Assembly: GCA_963813715.1 (NCBI GenBank) | Contig: CAWFAK010000013.1 | Location: 77,523 to 141,522, forward strand | Direction of reading: 5' to 3' | Source: an uncultured Planctomycetaceae bacterium | GTDB taxonomy: Bacteria; Planctomycetota; Planctomycetia; Planctomycetales; Planctomycetaceae | DNA length: 64,000 nucleotides | Shown: positions 42,089 to 52,680 of the stretch, in pieces | Numbering within the stretch: the stretch's first letter is position 1 | Layout of the letters: each line of letters begins with the position of its first letter | Notes under the pieces: generated by a model | The model's input: only the letters and a program-made list of their open reading frames with translations | The model's database searches: none | Told to the model about the DNA's origin: nothing | Translations under genes and position numbers: made by a program

Positions 42089-43527
42089 TCACAGCTCGAT
42101 CAGGAGCTTGAACGGATCGGACAGGATGCCGGCCAGCTTGACGATGAAGCGGGCCGCGTCGGCGCCGTTAATGATCCGATGGTCGTAGGAGAGCGACAAG
42201 GGCAGCATCAGCCGCTCGACCACCTTGCCATCCATGAGCTTGAGCGTCTTTTGCGTCCGCGACATGCCGAGGATGGCCGCTTCCGGATAATTGACGATCG
42301 GCGTGAAGGCCGTGCCGCCGATGCCGCCCAGATTCGTGATGGTAAACGTGCCGCCCTGCATGTCGGCCAGGTCGAGCTTGCGTTCGCGGGCCTTGGCCGC
42401 CAGCACGCCGAGCTCTTGCGCGATCACCAACACCGTTTTGCGGTCGGCATCGGGAATGACGGGGACCAAGAGGCCAAAATCGGTGTCGACCGCCACGCCG
42501 ATGTGGAAGTAGTGCTTGACGATCAATTCGCCGGCCGCCATGTCGATCGTCGAATTGAAGTGGGGGAACGCCTTGAGGGCGCCGACGACCGCCTTCACCA
42601 TGATCGAGGTCATGGTGACCTTGGGAGCGTTGTGGCCGATGTTCTTGACGTAGCTCTGCCGGGCCTCTTCCAGCTCGGTGACGTCGGCCAGCTCGTGCTG
42701 GGTGACGTGCGGCACGCTTTGCCAGGCGACCGTCAAGTTGGCCGCACTCACGCGGCCCAGCTTGTTGATGGCCACCCGCTCGATCGCGCCAAAGCGATCG
42801 AAAGGAGGCAGTGTGACGCCCGCGCCCGGCGGACCGGCCTGCACCGCGCGGCCTGTGGTGAGGGAGCGGACGAACGATTGCACGTCGTCGCTGGTGACGC
42901 GGCCGCCAGGACCCGTTCCCGAAACCCGATGCAGATCGACGCCCAGCTCGCGGGCCAACCGCCGCGTGGCGGGGCCGGCGGGCACGGGAGCACCGGAATC
43001 GTGTCCGTTGCCGGAAACCTCGCTGCGCCCCGGCGCGGCGTAGGGAGTCGCCGGCTCGCTGGCGGCAGCCACAGTGGTAGGAGCTGCGCGGGCGGCTGCG
43101 GTGCGGGCCTGACAGGCGCGGCACCAGTCGGTTGCTTCGGGGCGGGTGCCGCCGCTGATTGAGTCGCCGGGGCCTTGTCGGGCTCGGCCTTGGCCGGCGC
43201 AGTCTTGGCCGCCTCAGTTTTAGCGGGGGCGGGTGCGGCGCTTTTGGCCGCGGGCTGGGCCGGTGCGGATCCGCCTTCGGCTGCAGCAGCCGATTCGTTG
43301 ATCGTCAGCAGGGGCTGGCCGATCTTCACGGTCTGGCCCTGCTTGACGAGGATCTTCTCGACCCGGCCGGCTTGCGGCGAAGGAATCTCCGCGACGGCTT
43401 TTTCGGTCTCGACCTCCAGCACGATCTGGCCGGCCTGGATCATGTCCCCTTCGTGGACGTGAACTGCGGCGATGTCGGCGGATTCAACGCCTTCGGAGAT
43501 CAGCGGTAGCTTGAATTCAGTGGTCAT
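42089..43527 (-). CDS. aceF: Pyruvate dehydrogenase E2 dihydrolipoamide acetyltransferase (frameshift near 43075)
   Basis: One lipoyl domain (ETEKAV), Ala/Pro linker, E3-binding PATRRLARELGVDL, catalytic TFTITNLG and DHRIING. Confidence 0.92.
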
Positions 43528-43657
43528 GTTGCCCAAAGACCGCGTACCGAGGGTGATCGTCGCGTGCGCCACCAGGCGCAAACGCCAAGCGAGCCACCCA
43601 TCGAGCCCGGCATTCGTCCGGGCCCTGACCCACGCGAAGGGGACAGGAAAATCGACT

Positions 43658-46374
43658 CTACGCGATCGCCGGGTCGACTTTGTCCGGATCGAGGCCGAGG
43701 TCCGTGACCGCTTTGGCGAGCTTCTTCTTATCAAACTGACCGGCCTCGGACAACGCGGAGAGCGTCGCGTAGACCGTATGCTCGGCATCGATCTCGAAGT
43801 GCCGTCGCAGCGCGGACCGCGTATCGCTGCGGCCGAATCCGTCCGTTCCCAGCGTAACATAATCACCGGGCACCCAGGGGCGAATCTGGTCGGCCACGAG
43901 CCGCACGTTGTCGCTCACCGCGATGAACGGGCCGCTCACGCCTTTGAGCACCTGCTCCAGGTAGCTTTGGCGCGGCTCTTCCTTGGAATGCAGCCGGTTC
44001 CAACGCTCGCAAGCGCGGGCGTCGCGGAACAGCTCGCTATAGCTGGTGACGCTCCAAACGTCGCTGCTGACGCCGAACTGCTCGGCCAGCATCTTTTGGG
44101 CACGGCACGCTTCGTTCAAGAGCGGACCGCTGCCGAAGAGTTGCGGGCGCACACCGGTCGTCTTGCTCGCCTCTCCGCCGGACAACTTATAGATGCCCTT
44201 GAGAATGCCCTCCTGGCAGCCCTCGGGCATTTCGGGCATCGCGTAGTTTTCGTTATAGACGCTGATGTAGTAGAAGCCGTCTTCGTTCTCGTGGCACATC
44301 CGCCGCAGGCCGTCCTGAATGATCACGGTCAGCTCGTAGGCGTAGGCCGGATCGTAGGCGCGAATGGTCGGCACGGACGTGGCGATCAGCAGGCTGTGCC
44401 CGTCCTGGTGCTGCAGCCCTTCGCCGTTGAGCGTCGTGCGGCCCGACGTTCCGCCCAGCAGGAAGCCGCGAGTTCGCGCGTCGGCGGCGAGCCAGAACAG
44501 GTCGCCCACCCGCTGGAAGCCGAACATCGAGTAATAGATGAAGAACGGGATCATGTACGTCCCAAGGGTGGAGTACGCGGTGCCTGCCGCGATGAACGAA
44601 GACGTGGCTCCCGCTTCGTTGATTCCCTCCTCGAGGATTTGGCCGTTCTTGGCCTCCTTGTAGTACATGATGGTGCCGGCATCGACCGGGTCGTAGAGCT
44701 GGCCTTTGCTCGAATAGATGCCGCACTGGGCGAAGAGCCCCTCGACGCCGAAGGTCCGCGCCTCGTCGGGAATGATCGGGACGACGCGCTTGCCGATATT
44801 CTTGTCCTTGAGCAGCTGGCTCAAGAGCGCGCCGAAGGCCATCGTGGTCGAGGCTTCGCGCCCGCCGCTGCCTTTGAGCGTCTTCTCGAAGGCCGAGAGG
44901 GGCGGCGTATCCAACCGCTCGAGCGCACCGTGCCGCACCGGGAGCGAACCGCCCAGCGCCTTGCGCCGCGCGATGAGGTACTGGAACTCTTCGCTGTCCT
45001 CGGGGAAGCGATAGAAGGGCGCGTCCTTCAGCTCGTCGTCGCCGATCGGAATGGCGAAGCGGCTGCGGAAGGCCCGCATCTCTTCGCTGTCGAGCTTCTT
45101 TTCCTGGTGCGTCGTGTTGCGGCCCTCGCCGGCTTCGCCCAGGCCGTAACCCTTGATCGTCTTGGCGAGGATTACCGTGGGCGAACCCTCGTGATGCACG
45201 GCCGCATGATAAGCGGCGAATACCTTCCGCGGATCGTGCCCGCCGCGGCGCATCTTCTGCAGCTGCTCGTCGCTCAGCTGCTCGGCCATCGCCAACAGCT
45301 CGGGCGAGACGCCGAAGAAGTGCTCGCGAATGTACGCGCCCGATTCGACGCTGTATTTCTGATACTGGCCGTCGACGACTTCGCCCATGCGTTTGACGAG
45401 CCGGCCGTCGGTGTCGGCCGCGAGCAGCGGATCCCAGTCCGTGCCCCAAATCACCTTGAGGCAGTTCCAGCCGGCGCCGCGGAAGGCGGCTTCCAGCTCC
45501 TGGATGATCTTGGCGTTGCCGCGCACCGGCCCGTCGAGCCGCTGCAGGTTGCAATTGACGACGAAGATCAAATTGTCGAGCGATTCGCGCGAGGCGAGGG
45601 TCAGCGCGCCGAGCGATTCAGGCTCGTCGCATTCGCCGTCGCCCATAAAGCACCAGACCTTCGACTGGCTCGTGTCGACGATGCCCCGATCGCGCAGGTA
45701 CGCGCAAGAAGCGGGCCTGGTAAATCGCTGTGATCGGCCCGAGCCCCATCGAGACGGTGGGGAACTGCCAGAAGTTGGGCATCAGCCACGGGTGCGGGTA
45801 GGACGAGAGCCCCTTGCCGGGCCGCAGCGTCTCGCGGCGAAACGCCTCGAGGTCTTGTTCGGTCAGGCGGCCTTCGACAAAGGCCCGCGCATACATGCCG
45901 GGCGAGGCGTGCCCCTGAAAATAAATGAAGTCGCCCGTGTGCTCGGCCGACGGCGCGTGGAAGAAGTGGTTCATGCCCACTTCGTAGAGCGTGGCCGACG
46001 AGGCGAAGGTGGAGATGTGGCCGCCGACGCCCGGGTACTTGGTGTTGGCCCGGGAGACCATGGCCATCGCATTCCAGCGAATGATCGACTTGATCCGCCG
46101 CTCGATTTCGATGTTGCCCGGGAAAGCGGGGCTGCTGGTCGGCGGAGATTGTGTTGACGTACGGGGTGTTGGCGGTGAACGGCAGCGTCACGCCGCGGAG
46201 GTAGGCCCGCTCTTGCAGGTTGACGAGCAGCTCTTGGAGTCGTTGCGGCCCATAGCGGACCAGCACGTCGTCCAAGGACTCGAACCACTCTTCCAGTTCT
46301 TCCGGGGCGATCCCCGAGACGTCGTTGGGGACCAGGTTACGGCCCACCATCCGCAAAACGTTTGTTGTTGCCAT
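43658..46374 (-). CDS. aceE: Pyruvate dehydrogenase E1, homodimeric type (frameshifts near 46120 and 45703)
   Basis: [66 protein letters not shown]. Confidence 0.95.
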
Positions 46375-46994
46375 CGTGCTCGTGTCCGAAGGGCCGTTGC
46401 GGTTAGTCCGTGTGCAACGCCAACTCGTGCTGTGCGTTCAAGATGAGCGCCCCGCCCGACCTCGTGTCCGCATGGCGGCGCATCCCGGAACTTATCGAAA
46501 AACTGCCCTACGTGGCAAGCGCGACCTTGTACACACCGCAGCCCACCGAGGCCGTTTTCCAACCGCTTCTCGAGGGCTCCCGCACGAACGCAAAGCGAAT
46601 CGCGCGAGCCGGTTACCGATTGTGCGGCATCCAATTATAGCGACTGGCCGCAATCACCACCGCTGTCGGGATGTTAATCCTCCGCGAGGTTGAAGCGCGA
46701 GTGTAGAGAATGCGAGCCCGCCGACGGTGAGCCGCCACGTGCAAACCACGTGTCGCGGACACTCAGGCGCCGTCCACCTGCCGCGTTGCCCGTCAGTGGC
46801 CGACCGCGAACGATCGCCGGGAGGTCGAGCCGTGCGAGAAATGCGACAGCGCGCATTCGCCTCACGTCATGACTTCGAGTTTCGTGCGGCGCGCGGCGAC
46901 TCAGCTTCTTCCGCCGCCTCGAAGGGCACCGCTATAATGGCGGCTGCTCGCACGATCCTGCGGCATCACGAACTCGTGACCATGCGGATAATCC

Positions 46995-47537
46995 ATGAGC
47001 GTCGGTTTCGTCAGACCCAACAGTTCTCAGTTGATGCTGCACGTCTATGGACGTTCGGTGCATCCGGAGCTGTTCCGCACCTTTGCCGAGACCGAAATTG
47101 CGGCCGATCAGTACGCGGCGACGCTACGGATCAGCGACACGGGGCACTCGATCACCTTCCGCTACAAAGGACACACGGTCACTGAGCTGACCGCGAGCCG
47201 TGATCAACTGTTGCCGCAAAAAAAGCGGCTGCTGGAAAAATCACTCCGGGGCTGCCGCGACGAAACGGTGCAGTTCGATGGTGGTCTGCGGTACAGCTTG
47301 AGCTATCAGATGGAGCGGCTCGAACCAATCGTGTTTCTGAACTTCCACGAAGAGCTGTCAGCCGATTGCAAGCGAGCAGCGGTCCATTACCGCTTTCCGA
47401 CCGAGAACCGGCTGTCGCCCGAGCCGCTGAGCCTGCTGCGGACCGATTCTGGACCGCGCAGCCTGCTGATCCATGCGTTCCACACGTTCCCGGAAAGCTG
47501 CAGCGTGCTGAAGACGCAGTCGCTGTTCGAGCTCTAG
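46995..47537 (+). CDS. DUF2617-like conserved protein
   Basis: VYGRSVHPELF...FHTFPESCSVLKTQSLFEL pattern. Confidence 0.7.
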   Translation: MSVGFVRPNSSQLMLHVYGRSVHPELFRTFAETEIAADQYAATLRISDTGHSITFRYKGHTVTELTASRDQLLPQKKRLLEKSLRGCRDETVQFDGGLRYSLSYQMERLEPIVFLNFHEELSADCKRAAVHYRFPTENRLSPEPLSLLRTDSGPRSLLIHAFHTFPESCSVLKTQSLFEL

Positions 47538-47651
47538 AAGCGGCTCGGCGAACGAGCTTTCCGCAGGGTTGTGAGGACCGCTTTACGCCGCTACGGATTT
47601 CTTGGATGGAATCAGCGCGCGGACAACAATTAGCCGCTTTGGGGCAGGATA

Positions 47652-47667
47652 TGGCGCATGCTTTGCA
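47652..47667 (+). promoter_or_regulatory. Probable sigma54 (-24/-12) promoter
   Basis: TGGCGCATGCTTTGCA: GG and GC with exact 10-nt spacing, one mismatch to TGGCAC-N5-TTGCW, about 200 bp upstream of the gene at 47869. Confidence 0.55.
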
Positions 47668-47868
47668 AAACTTTCTCTCGTTCACACGACTCGGCTCGGC
47701 ACCAACGCTGAGCGAGTTTGGAAAAAGGAATTGCTAACGCGGTTCACCCTCCTGAAAGCGTTGGCCGCGTGTTGGCTGATTCTAAATTTGGGGCTCGTTA
47801 AGAGCGGGGGCCGGAGCGGTTGATTTCGACTGGGCCGCTGACCCCTCTAAGACGAAGGGGGAACAACA

Positions 47869-48300
47869 ATGTTCTCGAAACGACTTTTGATGGTGGCGGC
47901 GGCCCTGCTGACGGCCGGTTCTGTGATGTTCAGCGAAATGGGCGCGAATGTCGCCTCGGCACGTGGTGGCCGCGGGGGCGGCGGTTATCGCGGCGGAGCC
48001 GGCTATCGCGGCGGTTATGGCGGCTATCGCGGGGGCGGCTGGGGTGGTCGAGGTTACTACGGCGGCCGCGGTTACGGCTACGGCGGCTGGGGGTACGGCC
48101 TGGGTCTCGGCCTCGGGGCAGGCCTCGCTTACCCGTACTACGGCGGATATTACGGCTACCCGTCCTACGGGTACGGCTATAGCTATCCGTCTTATTACAA
48201 CTACGGCTACCCGGCCTATAATTACAGCTATCCGTACACGACGGGTTACGGTCCCACGTACGACTACGGGACCACCTACGGTTACGGGACGGTGTACTAA
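47869..48300 (+). CDS. Secreted Gly/Tyr/Arg-rich low-complexity protein 1
   Basis: Signal peptide ending ASA, RGG/GGY repeats, Tyr/Pro tail; GGGGG RBS; followed by a terminator. Confidence 0.8.
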   Translation: MFSKRLLMVAAALLTAGSVMFSEMGANVASARGGRGGGGYRGGAGYRGGYGGYRGGGWGGRGYYGGRGYGYGGWGYGLGLGLGAGLAYPYYGGYYGYPSYGYGYSYPSYYNYGYPAYNYSYPYTTGYGPTYDYGTTYGYGTVY

Positions 48301-48362
48301 GCCGGCCCGAACACGGACGTCTTAAAGACGACTCCGGTTCGCAAATGACGAGGACTCTCAGG

Positions 48363-48419
48363 TCGACCCGTGCCTTGCCGGCGAGTGTCTCGCTGGCGGA
48401 GCACGGGTCGAGTTTTTTT
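48363..48419 (+). terminator. Long intrinsic terminator
   Basis: TCGACCCGTGC..GCCGGCGAG-tgt-CTCGCTGGC..GCACGGGTCGA followed by T7. Confidence 0.8.
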
Positions 48420-48614
48420 GTCGCCCGCCGACCGCGGGAGATTTTTGGCGTCGCGCCGCGACGTTTCGCGCAAACTTGTTCGAGCGGCAGGCGCAAACTT
48501 GCGTGAATCGTGCGGCGGAATTCCTTGATTCTGAAACAATCGCAGGCTTATGATTTATGGTGTGAGGACGGGCGGGGCAGTTCGTCCACAGGAGTTTTTT
48601 TAGGGGGCGGAACA

Positions 48615-49346
48615 ATGAACGTTCGCAAAGGTTTGCTAGGACTGGCGGCCATCGTAATGACGGCCGGCATGATCCTCAGCGACGCAGGCGCGGGAGTCGC
48701 GCTGGCTCGCGGAGGTGGCGGCGGTGGTGGTGGACGCGGCGGTGGTGGCGGCGGACGCGGCGGCGGCGCCGGTTTCCGTGGTGGCGGTGGATTCCGTAGT
48801 GCGGGCGTGGCCCGCGGCGGCTTCGCTCGCGGCGGCTTCGCCCGAGGCGGCGCGGGCTTTCGCGGCGGCTACGGACGTGGCTGGGGTGGCTACGGTCGCG
48901 GCGGCTGGGGACGGGGCGGCTACGGTTACGGCCGCGGCTGGGGCGGACGTGGTTGGGGTTGGGGCGGACGCGGTTGGGGCTGGGGCCGAGGCTACTGGGG
49001 TGGCGGTTACGGCTGGGGCGGTTACGGTTGGCCCTGGTGGGGCGCCTACGGCTTCGGTTACCCCTACTACTGGGGCTATCCGTCCTACGGTTACGGATAC
49101 GGCTCCTACGGCTCTCCGTACTACGGCTCTTACGGCTACGACGACACGGGCTACTCCGATCCGTACTACGCCGATGCGACGCCTTATTACGGCGGCGGCA
49201 ACGGTTATTACGGCAGCGGCGTAGGCACGTATTACCCCGGTTCGTACGCCGGCAACTCGAGCGGTTACTCGTACGCGGCGCCCAGTTACTACGGCGCCCC
49301 GCAACCGGGCAACTACTCGACCGGTTACACGCCGACGGGCTATTAA
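48615..49346 (+). CDS. Secreted Gly/Tyr/Arg/Trp-rich low-complexity protein 2 (paralog of 47869)
   Basis: Signal peptide ending ALA, then RGG, ARGGF and GRGWG repeats; shares GYPSYGYGY with the upstream gene. Confidence 0.8.
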   Translation: MNVRKGLLGLAAIVMTAGMILSDAGAGVALARGGGGGGGGRGGGGGGRGGGAGFRGGGGFRSAGVARGGFARGGFARGGAGFRGGYGRGWGGYGRGGWGRGGYGYGRGWGGRGWGWGGRGWGWGRGYWGGGYGWGGYGWPWWGAYGFGYPYYWGYPSYGYGYGSYGSPYYGSYGYDDTGYSDPYYADATPYYGGGNGYYGSGVGTYYPGSYAGNSSGYSYAAPSYYGAPQPGNYSTGYTPTGY

Positions 49347-50309
49347 CCGCCCGTCCGTCGATGCTCGTGGAGCTGTCGACGACCTGCCGACGTGAAAACT
49401 GTCTGACCTAAACTGGCCCGCATGATCGCAGGAAGGCAACTTCCGCGGTTGTGACGGGCCGCAGGTCTTTCTGGGGCCATGCGTGCGCGGCTCTTAACCG
49501 CGCCGGTCAGCATCAAGCCCACGATCAGGTCGTACGCCGCGTGCGTCCCGACGGCGATGCCAAAGCCGCGGAGCATGAACAAGAGCGCGAAGAAGAGCGC
49601 GGCGAACGTGCGGAAGGCGAAGCGTGAAGAGTCGGAACTGTTCCCCGGCCGGTCCCACGTAATGAGCCAGCGAGAACGCGAGGCTCGTGGCCAGCGCCGC
49701 CATAAACGCGGCCAGCCCCGGACGCACGCCGCTCGTGCGGAAAAGTCCGTGGCACATCGGCAGCAAGCACAGCCGAAACAGGACCTCTTCGTAAATTCCC
49801 GCCCCGAGAAAGATCACGGCGAGCGCCGCCGCACGCTCGACCGGAATCGCTGCCGGCGCGGCGGGGACGGCGGAGGCGATCGCATTGGTTGCCGCCCCAG
49901 CACCTCCCGCGGCACTCGCCTGCCACGCGCGCATGCCGTAGCTTTGCAGCTGGGCCAGCACCACGAGCACGCAGGCAAATAGCAGGCTCTCGCAGAGCAT
50001 GCCGCCCAGCGTGCCCAGCGACAGCCGCCACGGATCCTGCTGGGCGATGTGCCACACGAGCAGGCCGACAACGACCATCGCCGGCACCAGCCACGGCCGG
50101 TTGAGCCCAAAATACTCAAGCGCGGTTCGCAGCCACGCGTCGGCCCCGCTGCGAAAGGCATCGGCGTCCTGGCCGCCGAGCCAGACCACGCCCGCCTCGT
50201 ATGCCGCCAAGAGCGGAATCACGAAGATCAGGCAATTGAGCGGTCGCCGCGTCCCGCTCCAGTAGCCGGTGCCGGCCGGGGGCGGCGGGCTACCTTGCGG
50301 AGCGGACAT
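49343..50309 (-). CDS. CPBP (CAAX/Abi) intramembrane glutamic protease (frameshift near 49620; stop uncertain, 49343 or 49494)
   Basis: [16 protein letters not shown] and GTHAAYD motifs. Confidence 0.85.
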
Positions 50310-51744
50310 GGTGTGTCTCTCGAGCGCGTCGTGCGAGTTCGAATCGAGCGGAATCGAAACTGGCCGAATCAAGATTCGCTCGCGGCCAGTCATCGTCGGC
50401 CGGGTCGACACGGAGTTGCCCGCCGTGACCAGTCGGCCTGAGCGCGGCAACGCCGTTCGTTTCGCCAGGCAGTGGGTCGGCGATTGCAACTCCCAGGCCC
50501 GCCAGCAGCTCTTCGACCAGGCGACGATCCCAATCGCCGCGCTCGGCTTCGCGCAACAAACGTCGGGCCGGCTCGGCAAACGGATTTTGGTCCAAGGTCG
50601 TGGACGGTTCAGTCGGCTCAGTTCCCGCTCGCTCCAGCAGTTCCAGCCAGCGCACCACGACCGCCAACAAGCGCGACGCCGGACTCTGCGTGCGGGGAGC
50701 AAAGGCGGGCGAGAGCTGCGGCTCGTTCAAGCGTCGATGATGCTGGGCGACGAGTGCCGGCAACTCGGTCGAGAATTCGGACAGGCCAGCCATGAGCGCG
50801 GCCCCGGTCGACGCGTGCAAATCGCGAAGCTGCTGCGCGGCCGCCGATTTCGCAGTCGTCTTTGTGGTCTTCGGCGCGGTCGTTGCTACGACGGTCGCCG
50901 ATGAGGGGACGAGCATCAGTCCGCAGTCGTGGCTGAGCGCGGCCAGCGTCAGCAATTCGGGATCGAAACCGCGAGCGCCGCGGCGCGTGACGAGGCGAGC
51001 GACGATCCGCGCCGTTTCCATGCCGCGGCCAGCGGCCTCGGCTTCGCGGACGTGGCCGATCTCAGCCAGGTAAGCCTGGACTGTGAGTCCGGGTCTCGGC
51101 AGAGCCAACGCGGAATCGAGCCAGCCGGTTGCCGCGGATATCACGTCGTTGGTGAGTCGGGTCCAGCCGGCCGTCGCCAGCCGCGCGTGCACTTCCATTT
51201 GCCCGAACAGTGCCCGCAGCCAGGCGCTTTGCGTGTCGGCCGCGTCGAGCGCCCGCAATTGCCAGGCGATCAGCTCGATTTGGCGATCGCTCCAGTCGAG
51301 GGCTGCTTCCACAACTTCGGACGCGACAGTGGACCGCGTCGGCGTGCGGATCGCTTCGTCGAGCGAGCACAGCGCCTGGTAAACCAGATGCGAGACACCG
51401 ACCGTCGCCCGGCCCAACAGCAGCAACGACCGGCAGCTCGTCAACGTGAGCCGCGGATCGACGAACTGAATCTTGGCCCGCTGCAAGTGTTCGTTGTAGC
51501 GTCGTCGCAGGATGGGGATGCGGGCGGCGACGCGCGCGACGTCGTCGGGCGAGAGCGTAACGGGAGTTGCGAATCTAGCTTGCAGTTCGGCCAGCGAGAG
51601 AGCCGCGATGGACCGAGTTTCCGGCAACGAGGAATCGCCCACGCCGATCCCCTGCTCGATTCGTCTAGTGGCGGCCGATACGTCCGGTTGATTGCTGCGA
51701 CCAGCCGTCCGATCGCTCGCCGCGGCCCTGCTCGCCGCGCGCAC
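50290..51744 (-). CDS. Degenerate HD-domain protein (start uncertain)
   Basis: LAALSHDCGL, HASTGAAL and VAQHHRRL resemble HD-GYP/HDOD motifs but lack GYP. Confidence 0.6.
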   Translation of the reverse strand: MRAASRAAASDRTAGRSNQPDVSAATRRIEQGIGVGDSSLPETRSIAALSLAELQARFATPVTLSPDDVARVAARIPILRRRYNEHLQRAKIQFVDPRLTLTSCRSLLLLGRATVGVSHLVYQALCSLDEAIRTPTRSTVASEVVEAALDWSDRQIELIAWQLRALDAADTQSAWLRALFGQMEVHARLATAGWTRLTNDVISAATGWLDSALALPRPGLTVQAYLAEIGHVREAEAAGRGMETARIVARLVTRRGARGFDPELLTLAALSHDCGLMLVPSSATVVATTAPKTTKTTAKSAAAQQLRDLHASTGAALMAGLSEFSTELPALVAQHHRRLNEPQLSPAFAPRTQSPASRLLAVVVRWLELLERAGTEPTEPSTTLDQNPFAEPARRLLREAERGDWDRRLVEELLAGLGVAIADPLPGETNGVAALRPTGHGGQLRVDPADDDWPRANLDSASFDSARFELARRARETHHVRSAR

Positions 51745-51934
51745 CCCGGGTTATCTCAATCTTTGTCGGCTTATCGGCCGGATGTGGCGGGAGAGTTGAA
51801 GTGATTTTCGACGGCGGAGCGTTTCGCTCGCAGCCGCGGCCGATTAGAGCGTTTCCATCCAGGTGTAGCGGTTCCGCGGCGTAAATCGTCGGGAAACTTG
51901 AGAGATTCATCGCGTCACCGGAGTGCTCGTAGCA

Positions 51935-52662
51935 CTAGGCAGCCTCGGCTGCTGCGGGAGATTCCGGCGGCCGCAACACGCGGAGTCGATCGGCCAGTGG
52001 CAGTTCGTCCAGGCCTCCCAGCCCGAATACTTCCAGAAACTGCCGCGTCGTTTCGTAGAGATAGGGCCGCCCGAGCGAGTTGTCCTCGCCGGCAATCCGC
52101 ACCAGGCCCCGCTCCAGCAGTTGTTTCAGCATCTCGGCGCACTGCACGCCGCGGACGGCCTCGACGTCGGCGCGGGTGACGGGCTGCCGATAGGCGACGA
52201 CGGTCAATGTTTCGAGCGCCGGCGGCGAGAGCTTCATGTCGCCCTGCCGATGGTGCACGCGGCCCAGCCAGTGCGCGAAGGGCGGCCGCGTAAGCAGCAA
52301 GTAACCGTTCGCGGCCCGCTCGATGCGATAGGCGGAGCGATCGCGATCGTAGGCGGCGTTCAATTGCTCGACGATCCGCGTGGCCTGACCCGAGTCGGCC
52401 AGCATGGCCAGCTGCGCCAGCGTCGCGCGGAGAGGGCCGTATTGGTGACGAAGAGCAGCGCTTCGACGCGGGCCGCCTTTTCGCCGCGGATGCCGGCTTC
52501 GTCGACGTCGCACGAGCGATTGCGGAGCCGCTCGGCGTCCGCGGCCCCGCGGCGGAAGAACTGCCGCACGCGCTCGTCCGCTTCGCGCGGTCCGGTCAAC
52601 GAGATACCGGCGTGACAGAGCAGGCTTCCGCGAGGTTGGCCGATCGTTCGATTCATTCGCAT
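51935..52662 (-). CDS. scpB: SMC-Scp complex subunit ScpB (frameshift near 52425; start uncertain)
   Basis: RVEALLF, GYLLLTRP, LSPPALETLTVVAYRQPVTRADVEAVRGV, GRPYLYETTRQFLEVFGL. Confidence 0.9.
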
Positions 52663-52680
52663 CGCGCACGAGTGGAACGA

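Noticed and set aside
42150..42190. E2 catalytic motif reads DHRIING rather than DHRxxDG
   Set aside because: The Asn variant occurs naturally in functional AceF proteins (e.g. Azotobacter/Pseudomonas type), so it is not evidence of inactivity or novelty.
43472..45733. 753-aa plus-strand ORF and other long antisense ORFs (e.g. 38..1438, 32193..33653, 40484..41836)
   Set aside because: These are shadow frames opposite well-supported genes, as expected from high-GC codon bias.
39309..46374. PDH genes as pseudogenes or programmed frameshift targets
   Set aside because: The breaks are isolated single-base indels without slippery heptamers or other decay, and they occur throughout the window.
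46375..46994. Riboswitch or sRNA in the long aceE upstream region
   Set aside because: I could not recognise a TPP or other riboswitch consensus by eye; a covariance-model search would be needed.
47719..47735. Second sigma54-like site TGGAAAAAGGAATTGCT
   Set aside because: GG-GC spacing is 11 nt instead of the obligatory 10; it would be valid only if the A-run contains a sequencing error.
47869..50309. Bacteriocin precursor plus CPBP immunity cluster
   Set aside because: The precursors have ordinary Sec signals, there are no modification or export genes, and the CPBP gene is convergent and belongs to the scpB-side gene run.
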